From Moniliella sp. 'wahieum' (taxonomy: Eukaryota): a DNA stretch of 64,000 nt. Below are positions 13,777 to 26,370 of this stretch, piece by piece. Where the stretch lies: NCBI GenBank assembly GCA_003971905.1, contig RSEE01000004.1:496001-560000 (forward strand). Reading direction: 5' to 3'. A program made the translations under genes and the position numbers. The notes beneath the pieces are model-generated. The model did no database searches and was not told where the DNA came from. It saw only the letters and a program-made list of their open reading frames with translations. The stretch's first letter is position 1. Every line of letters starts with the position of its first letter.

Positions 13777-15491
13777 GGGCGCAGAGCGGGCGGGCGGGTC
13801 GTCGTGGCAGCACGAGTCGAATGCAAGCCGCCTTCCTCGCCTGCGCCACGAGCGATGCTGAGCCTCCGGCGGCTGATGACGCTGGCCACCTGGCGGCGCC
13901 ACCCAGCTGACGTAACCGACACCTAGTGTCCGGTGGCCATGGCACGTGACCCGAAGTATGCCAGGACCCAAGATGCATGCATCATGCATGATGCATGATG
14001 GTTAAACGTTAAGGCCGTCATTTCTGTTACGACGAGTGCTGTATATGCACCACTGTCTTTGTTTGGCCCCACCTCACCATTGGCAGCCAGCCCGAGCAGC
14101 CCAACCAACGTGAGTCGGACCACGCATTCACCGGCCTCACCAACCTCTTGGATCCCCCGTGCCCATGGCCTGAGTCCTGCTTCCCACGCATTCCGTGTGC
14201 CGCATTCTTGGGGAATTGTGTGGGGCGTCTTCCAAGAAAACAGCTACCTGAGAGATATATGCTGGCGCCGATACACACATGAGAAGTGTTGTGCATTGAC
14301 TAAACTCTGCCCCCTCCTTCTATCTCACCCCCAAAGTATCTCCCAGAGAGTGGTTACGTCCCTATAACAATGCGCGAGCAAAATTATTGGAAGCGCTCTT
14401 CCATCAGCAGCCTTTTCCCCTCCCCCTCCCCCTCCATACACCACATGCCCAAAATGTTGTGAGTGGCACTACCCTATAGTTAGAGGTTTGGTTGCGCCGC
14501 GCTCCCATATCGCGCCTCTACTTTCTTCCAATTGTAAGCCGCATGTGTAGTAGACACCACTGGGGCATTCCTCTGTTCTTCCTTACCACCACCCCTTCGC
14601 TCAACTCGTTACTTCGTTCTTGCTCATCTGCTTCTGGTATTGTTTTCTGTCTGCCGTGCAGTACCTCGCTACACGATCATATGGATCAGGAATGAGCATA
14701 AAAGGAAACAACCCATCATTAACCTGGTGTTGGTGGTCGTATGTAGGATCAAAGAAGAGAAGCTTGAAGTAGCAACTTACAGCTGTTACATGGATATGAC
14801 TGTGCATGTGTGGTGTGGGTTGTTTTGTCACATCTCTGTTGTCAGTGTCATCAGGCCTGAGGACCCCTTCAGTGTGTCGTCGGGATGACACAAAAGAGTA
14901 TGGTCCGGTATGGATTATTGTGGACGAGACGCGGGTTATGTGCGACCAAGACTGGCAACACGGTGTGTCGAGCATTGGAAAAGGAACGTATACTCAAGAG
15001 TCTCTGGCATAGGAGAGATCGTTCATCGCGACTGATCAATCTCGATCATCGCTCTCACACTCATGTCCATGTATAGTATGAATACCACGTTCATTCGTAT
15101 CCGCTCGCGCGACATGCGGTTTGGAAAGGTGGAAGAGGGTCATACGAGTACACCCACGTTGGCTTTGTCATTGCGCTGGCTCGAACTGACAGCAAGCACA
15201 CCGCATGTCGATGATGAGCCAGCCTGCGGTATTACAAGCGCAGCACATCTTTGTCCCCTTCTGACGGTGTGCAATGCCACATGGAGACCGGCGGCGTGAT
15301 GATACAGAGGCAACATGTGATGTCCTGATCATCATCAGTGCATCAGTACTCAGTACGTTCAGTACATATCAGCACTCGTCTCAGATCTTGGGATGCCAGA
15401 ATCTCAGATCTCAGGCACTCCGACGCAGGCACAGACGGGCACTGGCCCAGCCCGTCGCAGCGCCAGGCACACACCTGCACACACCCGTGCG

Positions 15492-15520
15492 TGATGCATG
15501 ATGCATGATGCATGATGCAT
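15492..15520. repeat. Heptamer array (TGATGCA)4
   Basis: TGA at 15492, 15499, 15506 and 15513. Confidence 0.9.
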
Positions 15521-16019
15521 TGGATGATGCCGCGTGAGCGTGATGCGATTCGTGGTGGCACGGCTGGGGCCGCACTGGGGCAGCAGGGGCGGGTGGGGCG
15601 CATGTGCCGTGCATATTGCATGTGCACTGGGGCACAGTGTGGTTTAGCACTCTCCTGAGCATCTCCTGGGCAGCGCCTGGCAGGCTGGGCGCGCTGGGCA
15701 CTGGCTGGGTGCTGACGCTCTGAGTCTGAAGGCTGTCAGAGCATCGAGTGGTGGCCGCATGCGTGCAGCCTGCGTGCAGCAGGCGCTCTGCGCCTGTGTC
15801 TGCTGGCTAGCCGCTGCCAGGGGCTGCCTCCGCGCTTGGTACGTGGATATACGCTGGCTGCGTCGAGCAGCCGTTGATTAATGATTGCAGCTTGCTTTGC
15901 CTTGGCCAAAGCGCCAAGCGCTAACCGCTCCCATCACCCCATCACAAAACGCCCTCCCCGCGCTCCTCTCCACCACCTCCACCACCTCCACCACCTCCAC
16001 CATTCCTCGGCTGCGCCCC

Positions 16020-19000
16020 ATGGCCGTCCCCCACCCCCCGCCGCCCCCCGGCCGTAGTAACCCTGTCCCCAACACTGCTATGCCTATGCCCCTGACGTCT
16101 GTTGTCTCGGCTCACCCCCAAGTCACACATCCACATACCTCGCCCCTGTTGCCCTCCGCTCCGCCCGCTTTTGCAACACGTGTCCATCGTCCCACCGGCC
16201 CAGCCTCCATCGCTCCCCTGCCCCTGCCTGAAATGGTGGGATCCAATCACGTCGCACCCTGGGGCACCATCCTCGTTCTTCTCCCTGTCGAGATGCAACA
16301 CCCCTTCTCCTCTGCCAATTCGTCCTCCCAGACACCTGCTTTGCTTTCAGTGGTGGACCAGGTCATTGCGCCGTTTGTCAACATGGTCCGCGATCGCCTT
16401 GTTATTGCTGCCAAGCTGCACACCCTCCTCCTAAGTCGCAACGCTACCTTGGACGTCACTTCCGTTCCTGCAGCTCCCATTGAACCAAAACTGGACGTGG
16501 GCACCGTCTTCTATGGTACACGCTCGAGCGATGCATGCCCCATGCCTTCCGGATTCGGTTCATCTACGGATTCTTCAATATACTCCATTCCGTCCGTACA
16601 GTCTATACCCCTCCAATCTGCCCCGCAAGCCTGGAGTCACTGCGTCAAAGGGCGTTTCCTTCTGCCTCCACCCCTAAACTGTCTGAACCCGATTGGCTCC
16701 GTACGGACGCCCTTGATGCATTCTGTGACCAAGCCGCATTGGACTCGACAGGCACACCGCTTGGCCTTGTTGTATTCCGGCATACCGTCACCGGAGGAGG
16801 AAGGATCGAGTGCTGCCTGGCATGAACTATGGTCACTTGGGCGGGCTGAAGTTCCGTCTGTTTCAGAAGAGAGGAAGGGTATTCTCCTGGCCGAAGCACT
16901 TGTGGCTGCCCTTGAACTTCTTCCTTCTCTTCAAACAGAGCCTACCTCTACCTTGCTTCATCCTTCCCATGCGCCCCTCTCTCCGGCCCCCTCACCAAGC
17001 CCATCTTCTGCTGTAGGTGGATCGGAATCGCGCAAACGCAAACGGGATGCTCCGGCAGCGTCAAACTTTCCCAGTACACCCACGTGCGTTTACATCTTAT
17101 CTTTCCTCCAACCCGTAGCCGGGACAACGGATTCAGCATTCTCTTCTCTTCCATGTCTTTCCAACAAACGGAGCGTGAACGACAACCTGTGTTGGACTCA
17201 GGCCGCCGAACTGTTAGCAGGGCAGACTGTCTTCCCTTGTACGGTTGTCCTTCGCAACGAAAAGGACAAAACCCATGGGGTCCATGGCTTGGATCCTGCC
17301 TCTTCTGCCGGACGATTGCATAATCTTCTCTGCGGCAGTTCGGAGGCCAGTTCACGCATCCATTCGGATCCCATTCGCCTTTTCCCCACGGTTTCTCAAG
17401 TCGGTAGAGTCGCCTTGACGGGCCTCACAACCCGCAGCAAGACGATGGGCCCAGGGTGGGGGAAGAACTTGCCACCTTTGCCGGCATCCCATTTGCTTTG
17501 GCCCAAGCACCCGCCCAAGTCCAAGGAAGATACACCTTTTTCCTCCCCTTCATTGGGGCATCGAGAAGGTGCGCTTTTTGCCCTACGCAGAATGCAGGAG
17601 TGGCAAGCGGGCCGTGTGCTGGTTTCGTTCCAGCTGCGGGATGCGTATCAGCAAGTGCCCTCCTACTTGGAGCACAATCAAAAGCTGGCAGCTCGCTCCG
17701 CGTCTTCCCATCATCCACCGAGCCGCACTTTTCCTACACGCGATCCCGCCCCGGTTGCAGTGGCCACATCTTCCAAACAGACCAATGCTCCTGCGAAAAC
17801 GGTGCCTGTCGGTCCCAGCAACATTCGAGCGCAACCCGATCTACCGGACCCCAAGTTGGTCATTCTCGCGTTGCGACAATCAATGACCAATGGCATGGCG
17901 GGCGTGACCGGGGATACGGTGCAGGGGTTCCACAATCTGTTGCGGCAGCTCGTTACCCTGCAACGCGCTGCGTTGGCGCTGCACCAAGCCCAAAAGCTGT
18001 CAAAGCAGAAAAATGTACCCCCGGCCAGCAACTTATCGAGCCGGAAGCAACCAACTTTGCGGCTATCGATACGGCCCAGGCCGCCCTGCTCACATTGCAG
18101 AAGAAGGTATATGGCACAGTGGGGGCGCTGGCGGAGGGACGGGTAGCCAAGGACGCCGAAGACAACCCGCAAGGTCCGACAGCAGAAATGCGGACGAAAC
18201 GGTTGCTTGTCGAGCTGAATAAGGAGCTTATCGCCATTGACAGGGCCGTAAGCGCTGCGGGGGTGAAGCTGACACATCGTCCCCCAACAATCCCCCGGTG
18301 AACGCGCCCCCTGCCCCGACCAGAACCGATCCTACTCCGGCCCAACCTGCTATTATTTCCCTCGCACCCCCCGCGCCTGATGGTAAGAGCGAGGCCTCGG
18401 AAAAGGTCTCGGTGCGCGAAGTCGTGTACCGTGGTAACATCACCTGGTCGACTCCCGACCCCAAGGCCAAAGACAAGGGTGTGCGCAAAGACGTTGGGAC
18501 ACATATTACTGCCACAGTAGCGCGGGAGGCGAACCGAGCTGATGTGTACGTGCTTCTTCTCATCGTTTATTGGGCTCCAGGCCACTAACAACAATTATTT
18601 CTTCAGCTTGCTACCCTGGCCACGATCGTTGGCCATCAGCTCCATCGACCCGGTCAATGTACCGGCAGTGCAGCAGTATGCCCAGGCTCATTCCATCCCC
18701 GTTCTTGTCGTCACACCTACCCAGCCAGCTGGGTTAGGGGAGAAAGAGCTGAGCCTAGAGCAGAAGGACCGCCTGCGTGCCAACGTCGAGGTGTACCACT
18801 CCTTGGCCCGCGGTCTGGCCTCCAAGCAGGCTTCTGCCTTCATTCGCCATGGCTCCCACCACCGCTCGGGCATCCTGCTTGTTTCTGTCTCTCCTCCCAC
18901 TGCAGCGCAGTTGCCTGCCACTACGGCCTCTTCGCTGCGCCTGCTCGCGTTTGTCTTCAACGAGGGAGTGCCCGCCTGTGTCACAGTGTCCCGCTCAACG

Positions 19001-20569
19001 TCGCTTTCGGCAGGGGCAGCTACCAACGGCCCAGCCACCGCCTCAGGGGAGAGTGGCAAGCTTGCCGTCCCGACAGCTCCTACCCCCTCTGCTCCCACTA
19101 GCACCCCCCCCCTTCAACGTGGCCAGCAAGCACCTTTTCTCCTTCCCTTCGCCTCCCTGCCCCACAAATCCAATCCACCCGTTCTCCTGCCCTCCCTACG
19201 GTACCCGTTGCTACCACTGCAGTTTCGACTGCGGCGCCTGTTGCAGCTGCTGCATCCAGTGGCCACTCTGATCTTCCCGCCGCCTTCCCACCTGCCCCCC
19301 AAGCGTCCCTAACTCCATCCTGGCCCCCGCTGTACCTGCGGGTTTGCCTGTACCGTACACTAGTCCCTCGGCACCGGCAGCGTCAAGTGCAGGCCCGAGC
19401 GCAAGCCCAAGCACCATCCCAAACCTAACCACTCGCCTGCTCGCCCAACAACAAGTAGTGTACGACATCTTGCGATCTGCCAACCTGGACCCAGCGCCTC
19501 TTGTCCAAAGTGGCACGCTATTGCAGCACCTGGCCCACCTCGACCAGGCTACTCGTACTCGGTTACTAGAGGCTTTAAAGACGTTGCGCCAACTTACGAC
19601 GGACGCCCAGGCGCAGCAGCAGGCCGGGCAAGCGCGCATGCCCACCCAAGCTGGTCAAAATCATCTCCATACGCCTCCCCAGCTTGTCCAACCGCCAACG
19701 CAAGCCCACCCCCATCCCCAGACTTACACTGATCAACCGCACTCGAACGGTCACGGTACGCCAGCGCAAGCCAAGACTGAGGCTGAGATGCGAGCAGCTC
19801 AAGCTCAGGCTCAAGCACAGGCATGGGATCGGGATCGGGCACAAGCTCAGGCGCAAGCTCAGGCTCAGGCACAGGCGCAAGCACATGCACAAGCACAGGC
19901 ACAAGCACAGGAACAGGCACAAGCTCAAGCCCAGTTTCCTTGGCAGGCTCAGCCAGCCCAACCGGACTCCCATCCACAACCCGTCCCTGCAAGACAGAAC
20001 GCTGGGACGTTAACGATGCTGCAGCAGAGTACCTTCTCAACTTCCAACAACAGCAACAACAACAACAACAGCCTCAATCTCAACCTCAACCTCAGCCTCA
20101 GCCTCAGCTTCAGCCTCAGCCTCAGCCTCAACCTCAATCTCAACCTCAGCCTCAACCTCAATTGCTACCTCAACTGTTCTTGCGCGCAGCAGCAACACCA
20201 ACCCCTGCAACCACAACCACCCCCGCTGCCACAGCACGACTTGAGTGGGCTAAGCCTCCAACCCGGCGCTCTCACGCCGGCGCAAATGCAAGCCCTGCAG
20301 TGGCATCTTCTCCAGCAAGGACAGGGGGGCTCACTTCAAGCGCTGCAGGCTCAGCTGCTGCAACGTCTGTCTGCCCCGGGGGGTTGGGCGTGTCAACGTC
20401 CGTTTTGACCGGGGGTCCTGTACCAGCGCCAGCGCCTGTGCCAGCGCCGAGGCGTCTGGGGCCAGGCCAAGAGGCAGGCCAAGAACAAGGGCAAAACCAG
20501 GGCCAGGCGGGGGAGCCGGATCCGCTGGCGCAACTCTACTCCCAGTTCCCCCTTCCATACCGCCCCTGA
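16020..20569 (+). CDS. Probable Mediator subunit 25-like protein (VWA-like domain, ACID/PTOV-like domain, Q-rich tail), frameshifted
   Basis: VWA-like TILVLLPVE...VIAPFV...VGTVFYGT...LLAEALVAALELL...CVYILS; ACID-like VVYRGNITW...LLPWPRSLAI...YHSLARGLASKQASAFI...GILLVSV...LRLLAFVF, spliced across intron 18546-18606 (GTACGT...ACTAAC...TTCAG); QA and QP repeats. Confidence 0.55.
19795..20165 (+). repeat. Coding hexanucleotide repeats giving (QA)n and (QP)n/poly-Q
   Basis: CARGCN repeats at 19795-19930; CAA/CAG and CARCCT repeats at 20045-20165. Confidence 0.85.
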
Positions 20570-20757
20570 CCAAAACAACGAAGCGCCAAGGCGCCACAGC
20601 GCCACAGCGGCAAGCACTATGGGGAGGTCCTGCGAGTCTGTTTTGCCACCATCTGCATATTCAACTCCAAGTTCAAGGTTGCTTTGGTTGGCTCCTTTAT
20701 CTATGATCCGTTTGCGTACCGGACGGGTGGACATTGTGCCTGGTCCATCCGTGAAAT

Positions 20758-22172
20758 TTATTTGTACCCTAGTTCTGGGCTGACGAGGTTGATGAGGCCG
20801 AGGTGGCAGTAGTAGGGTGTGGAGGAGGATTGTCGACTGGTGCCGAGAGGTCTTTGGAGGGAGGCGGAGTAGAGTAGAAGCAGTGGCGGGGGTGGCAGAG
20901 GGGACTGCGGGGGATGGGTCCTTGGAGGGGATGGTGTCCTTGGAGGGAGATGTATCAATGGAGGTAGACGGAGTGGTAGTGGTCGAGGTGGGAGAGGGGA
21001 GGGAGAGTCCTTGTGTTCGATAGGACGAGAGCTGACGTCGTACGGCTCAAATGGGAAGAAGAGGCGATTCTTCGGCCAGCGCGGGGTGTCGGGGTCGGTG
21101 GCGACTGCACATGTACCGCCGCGCGAGGCAAAGCGGACCAAGCGCTGGTCCGGATCGAACGCGCGCGCGAGCGGGTACTCATACACCCAGTACGGCGTCG
21201 AGTCATGCTCATGCTTGACCAGCAAACTGACGCGCACCGCGGGGAACGAAGGCATGCCCATCCCACCCCCCACAACGTCCAAGTCCGAGAGCTGACGTGG
21301 GGCGAGGATAGGGCCGAGTGTGTTGGTCATCAGCGCTTGCGTGCTAAAATTCTTGGTTACGGCACCAACGGTAAGATGAGGCATGTAGATGTCCTTGGGT
21401 ACCGGTGCTGGTATGGCACCCATATCGACCAGCAAAGTTTGGATGCGATGCTGCTGAAGCAGTAAGAGGCGCCGAGTACCTTCCTCGCCTTGGACAAGTC
21501 GGTAATCTGGCACATTCGGAGGAAGAGGAGAATGAGGAAGAAGGCTATCCTCTGCCAAGCCAGGTGGTGGGGTGAACTTTCCCGTCCGTTTTAATTCCTC
21601 CTCCGCTGTCCGGATGGCTTGGCGGTGTCGGGCCTTGTCCCGCCCGACGATGCGGGTTAGGTCCCAGAGCTTCCGCTCAGGAACGGAGTAGGTCGGAGGT
21701 AAAAGAGGAGCTTGTTGGGCGTGACGAAAAAGTCGGAAACAGGAAAGTTGAGACTGAACGCACCACCGGGGAAGGTGTGGGTCAACTTGCGCAGGGCGGA
21801 CGAAATGTGCTTGACATAGTTGATGAGAGGAGGAACGTAGTCTTGGGGGCCGCGGAGGAAAAAGTGGTCGGTTTCGGGGATGGTGTCGGCGCTTTCGAGT
21901 GCAAAAGGTGGTGCATTGATCATCCGTCCTTTTCGACGGTACCTGGCCTTAACCTTCCCTTCGTTGTCCCACTGCATGCCATGATCACGCGGGATGGGGC
22001 TCTTGAGCATAAACGGCGATATGAGCGGGATGTGTGGAAGAAGCGTGTCGTGGTGAGGATCATGCAGGCGGCGGACCCGCTGCAGTTGCTTGTACATAGC
22101 ATGAGAAGCGGGACTGTGGGGCTCGATCATGAGCGCCACCATGGCTTTCAGTCTTCCCCTGAGAGCAGACAT
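20758..22172 (-). CDS. 2H phosphoesterase / 2'-5' RNA ligase-like protein (frameshift or intron near 21660)
   Basis: LQRVRRLHDPHHDTLLPHIPLISPF resembles the first fungal 2H motif region (PHITLLYPF type); YMPHLTVG is a second HxT motif, followed by FPAVRVSLLVK. Confidence 0.6.
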
Positions 22173-22639
22173 TGTGGTGGTGGCGAGGTTTGAAAGATGG
22201 AGGATTAATGACGAGAAGAAGTCGGAAGCATGCAGGAGATTGTTGTCTTTTTTTGCTTTCTCGCACCAAAACCACTTTTTCCAATTTCTTATTTGCAACG
22301 TTCAAAATTCTTTTAAACTTGCAGCTCGAAGCTTCATTGAAGCTCTTGAAGCTGCAAAGGCAAGCTCAGGGATAATCTCCTTGACGTAGTAATGCCAAAC
22401 CTGCCATTCCTCTAGTTGACAGTAAGCGACTACATTTCCCTCGTTTCTGACCTCCCACCACAGCCTCCCAGTCACCAAGTTTGGTCGAATGCACACCATC
22501 CATCCAAACATAAGATGGGAAACACTCATACATGAGCACATTACAGCTGCAGTCCCAGGAGGATTTGCTCCACTGCATAGAAGATCGGTTAGTGCCTGTC
22601 CATCGGTCGCGTCTGATGAGGGGGCGGAACGTACAGGTC

Positions 22640-23241
22640 TTTGAACCAAACTGAATGACACGAGGGGCGGAGCCATCAGAAAACTCAATTTGGATACTGG
22701 GCGAAGTGATATGGCCTTGGCCAGCAGCTCCGTTTCTTCGGCAGAGGGCTTCTTGGAATAATGGGCAATCGGCTTGGGCGGTTTTTTGATCACCACTTCC
22801 TCATCGTCCGCTGCAGCGGGCGTAGTGGCAGACGATTCTTGTTCCTTGGCGAGGGCGCGCTGCTTCTCAGCAACCTCGTGGGAGACAAGTTCTTCGCGAC
22901 CGTCTAGATAGCGGAGGACGTGGTCGTGGGTCGGGGGCAAGTAGGCCACGGACCAAGTCAGAGACGGGTTCTGGAACGCGAGACGGGGAAGAGCTTGCTT
23001 GACAAATTGGTACTGGCCGCTGGTGCGTTCAAAAGGCTGCTGCAGCGCAACGATGACCTGGGAGGCAGTGCGGGGCAGACGGAAGCCGCCGGGAGCATCG
23101 GTCTGGGACAGGGCGGTAATTAGATTGGCGGGGGTGGGCGTGTCCATGCCCAGGCGGCCTAAGTGGGTGCGGTGTGGGGCGGGGCGCTCCCTCCAGGGAA
23201 GCGGCGAAGTAGGAGGCCAGCAGACGACCGGTAGCGCGCAT
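22640..23241 (-). CDS. Mitochondrial ribosomal protein, MRP49/mL61-like (L51/S25/CI-B8 fold); 3' end uncertain
   Basis: Presequence-like MRATGRLLASYFAA; PGGFRLPRTASQVIVAL...GQYQFVKQALPRLAFQNPSL resembles the family's LPRLKYHNP motif. Confidence 0.55.
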
Positions 23242-23334
23242 GGCGAGGGGGGGTGATGGCGGTGGTGTCGGGCCCAGGGCGGCTCAGAAGGTCGGGAGAC
23301 CGAGCGGAAGAAAGGCGGAGGTGAAATGGAACAT

Positions 23335-23526
23335 TGAAAGTTGAACGTTGAAGGTTGAACGTTCAACGGTTGAACATATATTTGAACACGTTGAACATTG
23401 AATATTGAATGTTCAAGTTGAACGCAGCGGTTAATTTCATATTTCAACAACTCAGACCTCCAATGTGACATGTGACATGCGATCATCGATCTGCTCGATC
23501 ACTAGTCACCGGTCACCGCTCATCGA
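23335..23526. repeat. Compound heptamer arrays: (TGAACGT)-like, (TGACATG)2 and TCA-CTAG-TCA-CCGG-TCA
   Basis: TGA at 23335/42/49/56, 23392/99/406 and 23466/73; TCA at 23499/506/513/520. Confidence 0.85.
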
Positions 23527-24114
23527 CATCGTCCATCTACATCAGCACCAAGCGCAAGTCTCACCGACTGGATTGACAGAATTTGGGATGCGAAGGGACT
23601 GTCGGGCGAGCAGATCGATCAGACATTGCTGCGCCACTGCGCGCAGCCCACCGCGAGGGGAGGCGCCTTTCAGGGCCGGTTATATTTATAGCGCCTGTCA
23701 GCTGTACACTGCAGACATGCCTAGTAGTATAGGGCCCCTCTCATAAAAAAGGCCTAAGGCCCACGGCTCACAAAAGGGCCCAACAGGCAAGCACGCTTCC
23801 TCTCGATCATCCATCATCCATCCTCGATCCCCACCCGGTCCTCTCCGCCCCGGGTAGCCAGGAGGCAGAAGAGAAGAATGGAAACATGAGGCTGCGACCA
23901 GGTTGTTCTGCGCACTCGGGTACTCTGACATTCTGGACTCGGCCCATTTCTTCACTATTAGTTAGTTACTCGTTATTAGTGACTATAGTTTAGTTGCTAC
24001 GGTTGTTCTACTGTTGACACTCTCGTCCCTCTCCTGTCACCCAGACCGAGCCCTCTGAGGCCGAGGCCGAGGCCTCTGAGGGCCACCTCAGCCCACAACG
24101 GCTCCTGGCTCAAC

Positions 24115-26228
24115 ATGTTCGCATCGCATGCTGGCCAGCAGCACCAGCCTCTCCAACTTCAGCCCCGCCTATATCCCTCTTCCAGCAGCGGCCTCTCCTT
24201 CGCCATCTTCACCCTCTCATCCGTGGGAGCCTCCATGCCCGCACCGGCCGCCGCCAACATCCCCGCTCCATCCTCGGCTGCCCCATCCTCCGCTCCCCTC
24301 CGCGACTCCCAGCGCACTCACAGCAAGAGCACCCTCCGTCGTGCTCTCGCCCTTGCTCAGGCCGCCATCCAGTATGACAATGATGGCGACTACGCCCAGG
24401 CCGTGGATGCCTACCGTTCTGCCATCGTCCTCCTGGACACTGTTCTTACACACACCTCCCTCACGCACCAGCCTGAGCGCCGTCGTCTTTCAGAAATCCG
24501 CACGGCTTATTCCGACCGCATCATTCGCCTTTCCCGCCATATCCGCCCTCACACCCATCACCAGCCCCAGCCTCAACCCCGACCCGCATCCCCCCCTCCC
24601 GTCTTGCCCAGAGTCGCGGCACCGATTCCGATTCCGCTCCCAGCCCTCGCTTCGTCTGCGCCACTCCCGCCGCATTGCCGAACGGAGTGGGAGGGCGCGC
24701 CGCCCTCCCTCCGTCACGCCTCCTAGAGCCTCACGTCGCCGCTCCACTTCGGCCCCTGTGCTCGCCAGCATGCCGGACGGTACCACATTGGCCAGCCACA
24801 ACGATTCTCCCTCTCGCCCCAGCAATCGACCCGTAGAGCGTTTCCCATCTCAGCAGGTGCCCACGGTGCCTCTATCCACATCGCCCCTGCCCTCGCTTCC
24901 CTCTGCCCCTGCTTCCCTCTCCTCCCCGTTCGGCCATGCACGCATACGCCGGGATGCCCTCACCCACCCACACCCTCTGTCCCCTCCTCGGCTCAGTCTC
25001 ACCACCCCATACATACCGCGTCGCTCCCCCACGCCCCTCGGCAAAGTGAGACCGCGTGACGTCTCGCCGCCGCGCGGGAAAAATGCGCTCCCACGCAGCA
25101 CCCCATCGTCACGGCGACCTACACCTCCCAGTTCGCCTACTGGCCTCCCTGCGTTCCCGACCGAGCGGCCTTCTAATCAAGAACAAGTACCGCTCATATC
25201 CTCGCCCCCTAGCTTCATCCAGGAGGAGGAGAAACCTAATCGGGCGCGCAACCAAACCAAGCCCTTATCTGACTATCATCGACCTCGCCCTCCCCTGCCC
25301 AGCCAAACCCAAGCTGCTATCCGCATCCTGACAACCGACCTTCCTACCTGGACCCCCTGTACGCTCGCCATCCCTCGCGCCCAACCTCGCCTGAAGCGCA
25401 CGGACCCTACGTTGGTGGTTGCCCGGCGACTGGCCGCGTCCTTACCCGGATGTGCTTGGTCTGGGACCGAAGGAAACAATCGATTTCTTCTTCCCGCCAA
25501 AGCATGGCGCTTGCCCCAGTCGCAGACCCGTGGCCCCCAAAGCACCGCTCCAAGTGTTGGAACAAGTTGGCTCGGACTTGGCCTCGGCCTTGCAGCTGGG
25601 CACGGCCTGGCTCCATCCTCCCCCCACTTTCATTGAAGGCGGGGCCGAGAGATTGTCCCCATCTGGGTCGACACCCGTATCGGTACTAACCCCAGCAGCC
25701 CAGTTTATGCTGCTCTGGACGATATGATGGAGGAAATGATAGGTGCAAGTCCATCAGTGCGCAAGCACCAATCCCGACAGAGCCTGGGACGGAACAAGCA
25801 TCGTTTGAGCATGTCACAAGCGCTCGACGAACTGACACTCACCTCGGGCCCGGCCGAAAGGACGCGCACCCCATCCCCCATCCGCCTTCGTCCGGGGGGG
25901 GTTGGTGAGCCGTGTGAGCGGGTTTCGAGCGAGCTGGAGTGCGATTGCGCGGGGCAAGGCGCGTGAACCAGCTCGAGGAGCTAGTCAATGGCCTGGAGCT
26001 GCGTATGCATTGGCGCTAGCCCGAGTGTTGGGGGGATTGGCGGCGTTGGAGCGGCTGTTGGATCGTTTAGACGAAAGCTGCTCGTCTCGGTCAGCCAGTG
26101 AGCAAAGTCTGGTTCGGAGGAAAGTGGCCTCCACCACCGCCTTAATTGGCACCGTGGTACTTGCTCCTGCCCTAGCTGATGTGACGGCAGTGTGGGAAAA
26201 CTATTTAACGCGTAGCGCGTTGAACTGA
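24115..26228 (+). CDS. MIT-domain protein with Pro/Ser-rich linker and helical C-terminus (frameshifted)
   Basis: SKSTLRRALALAQAAIQYDNDGDYAQAVDAYRSAIVLLDTVL...ERRRLSEIRTAYSDRI is a typical fungal MIT domain. Confidence 0.75.
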
Positions 26229-26370
26229 AGTAACGGAGGGGGGCTTGGATCCTCATTACCTCCATTTTCCCCACCTTCTCCACCACCAACCCTCACTGCG
26301 GCTTATAAATTAGTTGTACCAGTCATTCTTATTCTGCTTGTATCACATCATTTAGGCGATGGGATAGGGG

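Noticed and set aside
14100..15300. Lower-GC stretch as a possible gene or horizontally acquired DNA (similarly 37100-38300)
   Set aside because: Only short ORFs without motifs and no terminal repeats; indistinguishable from ordinary intergenic DNA by eye.
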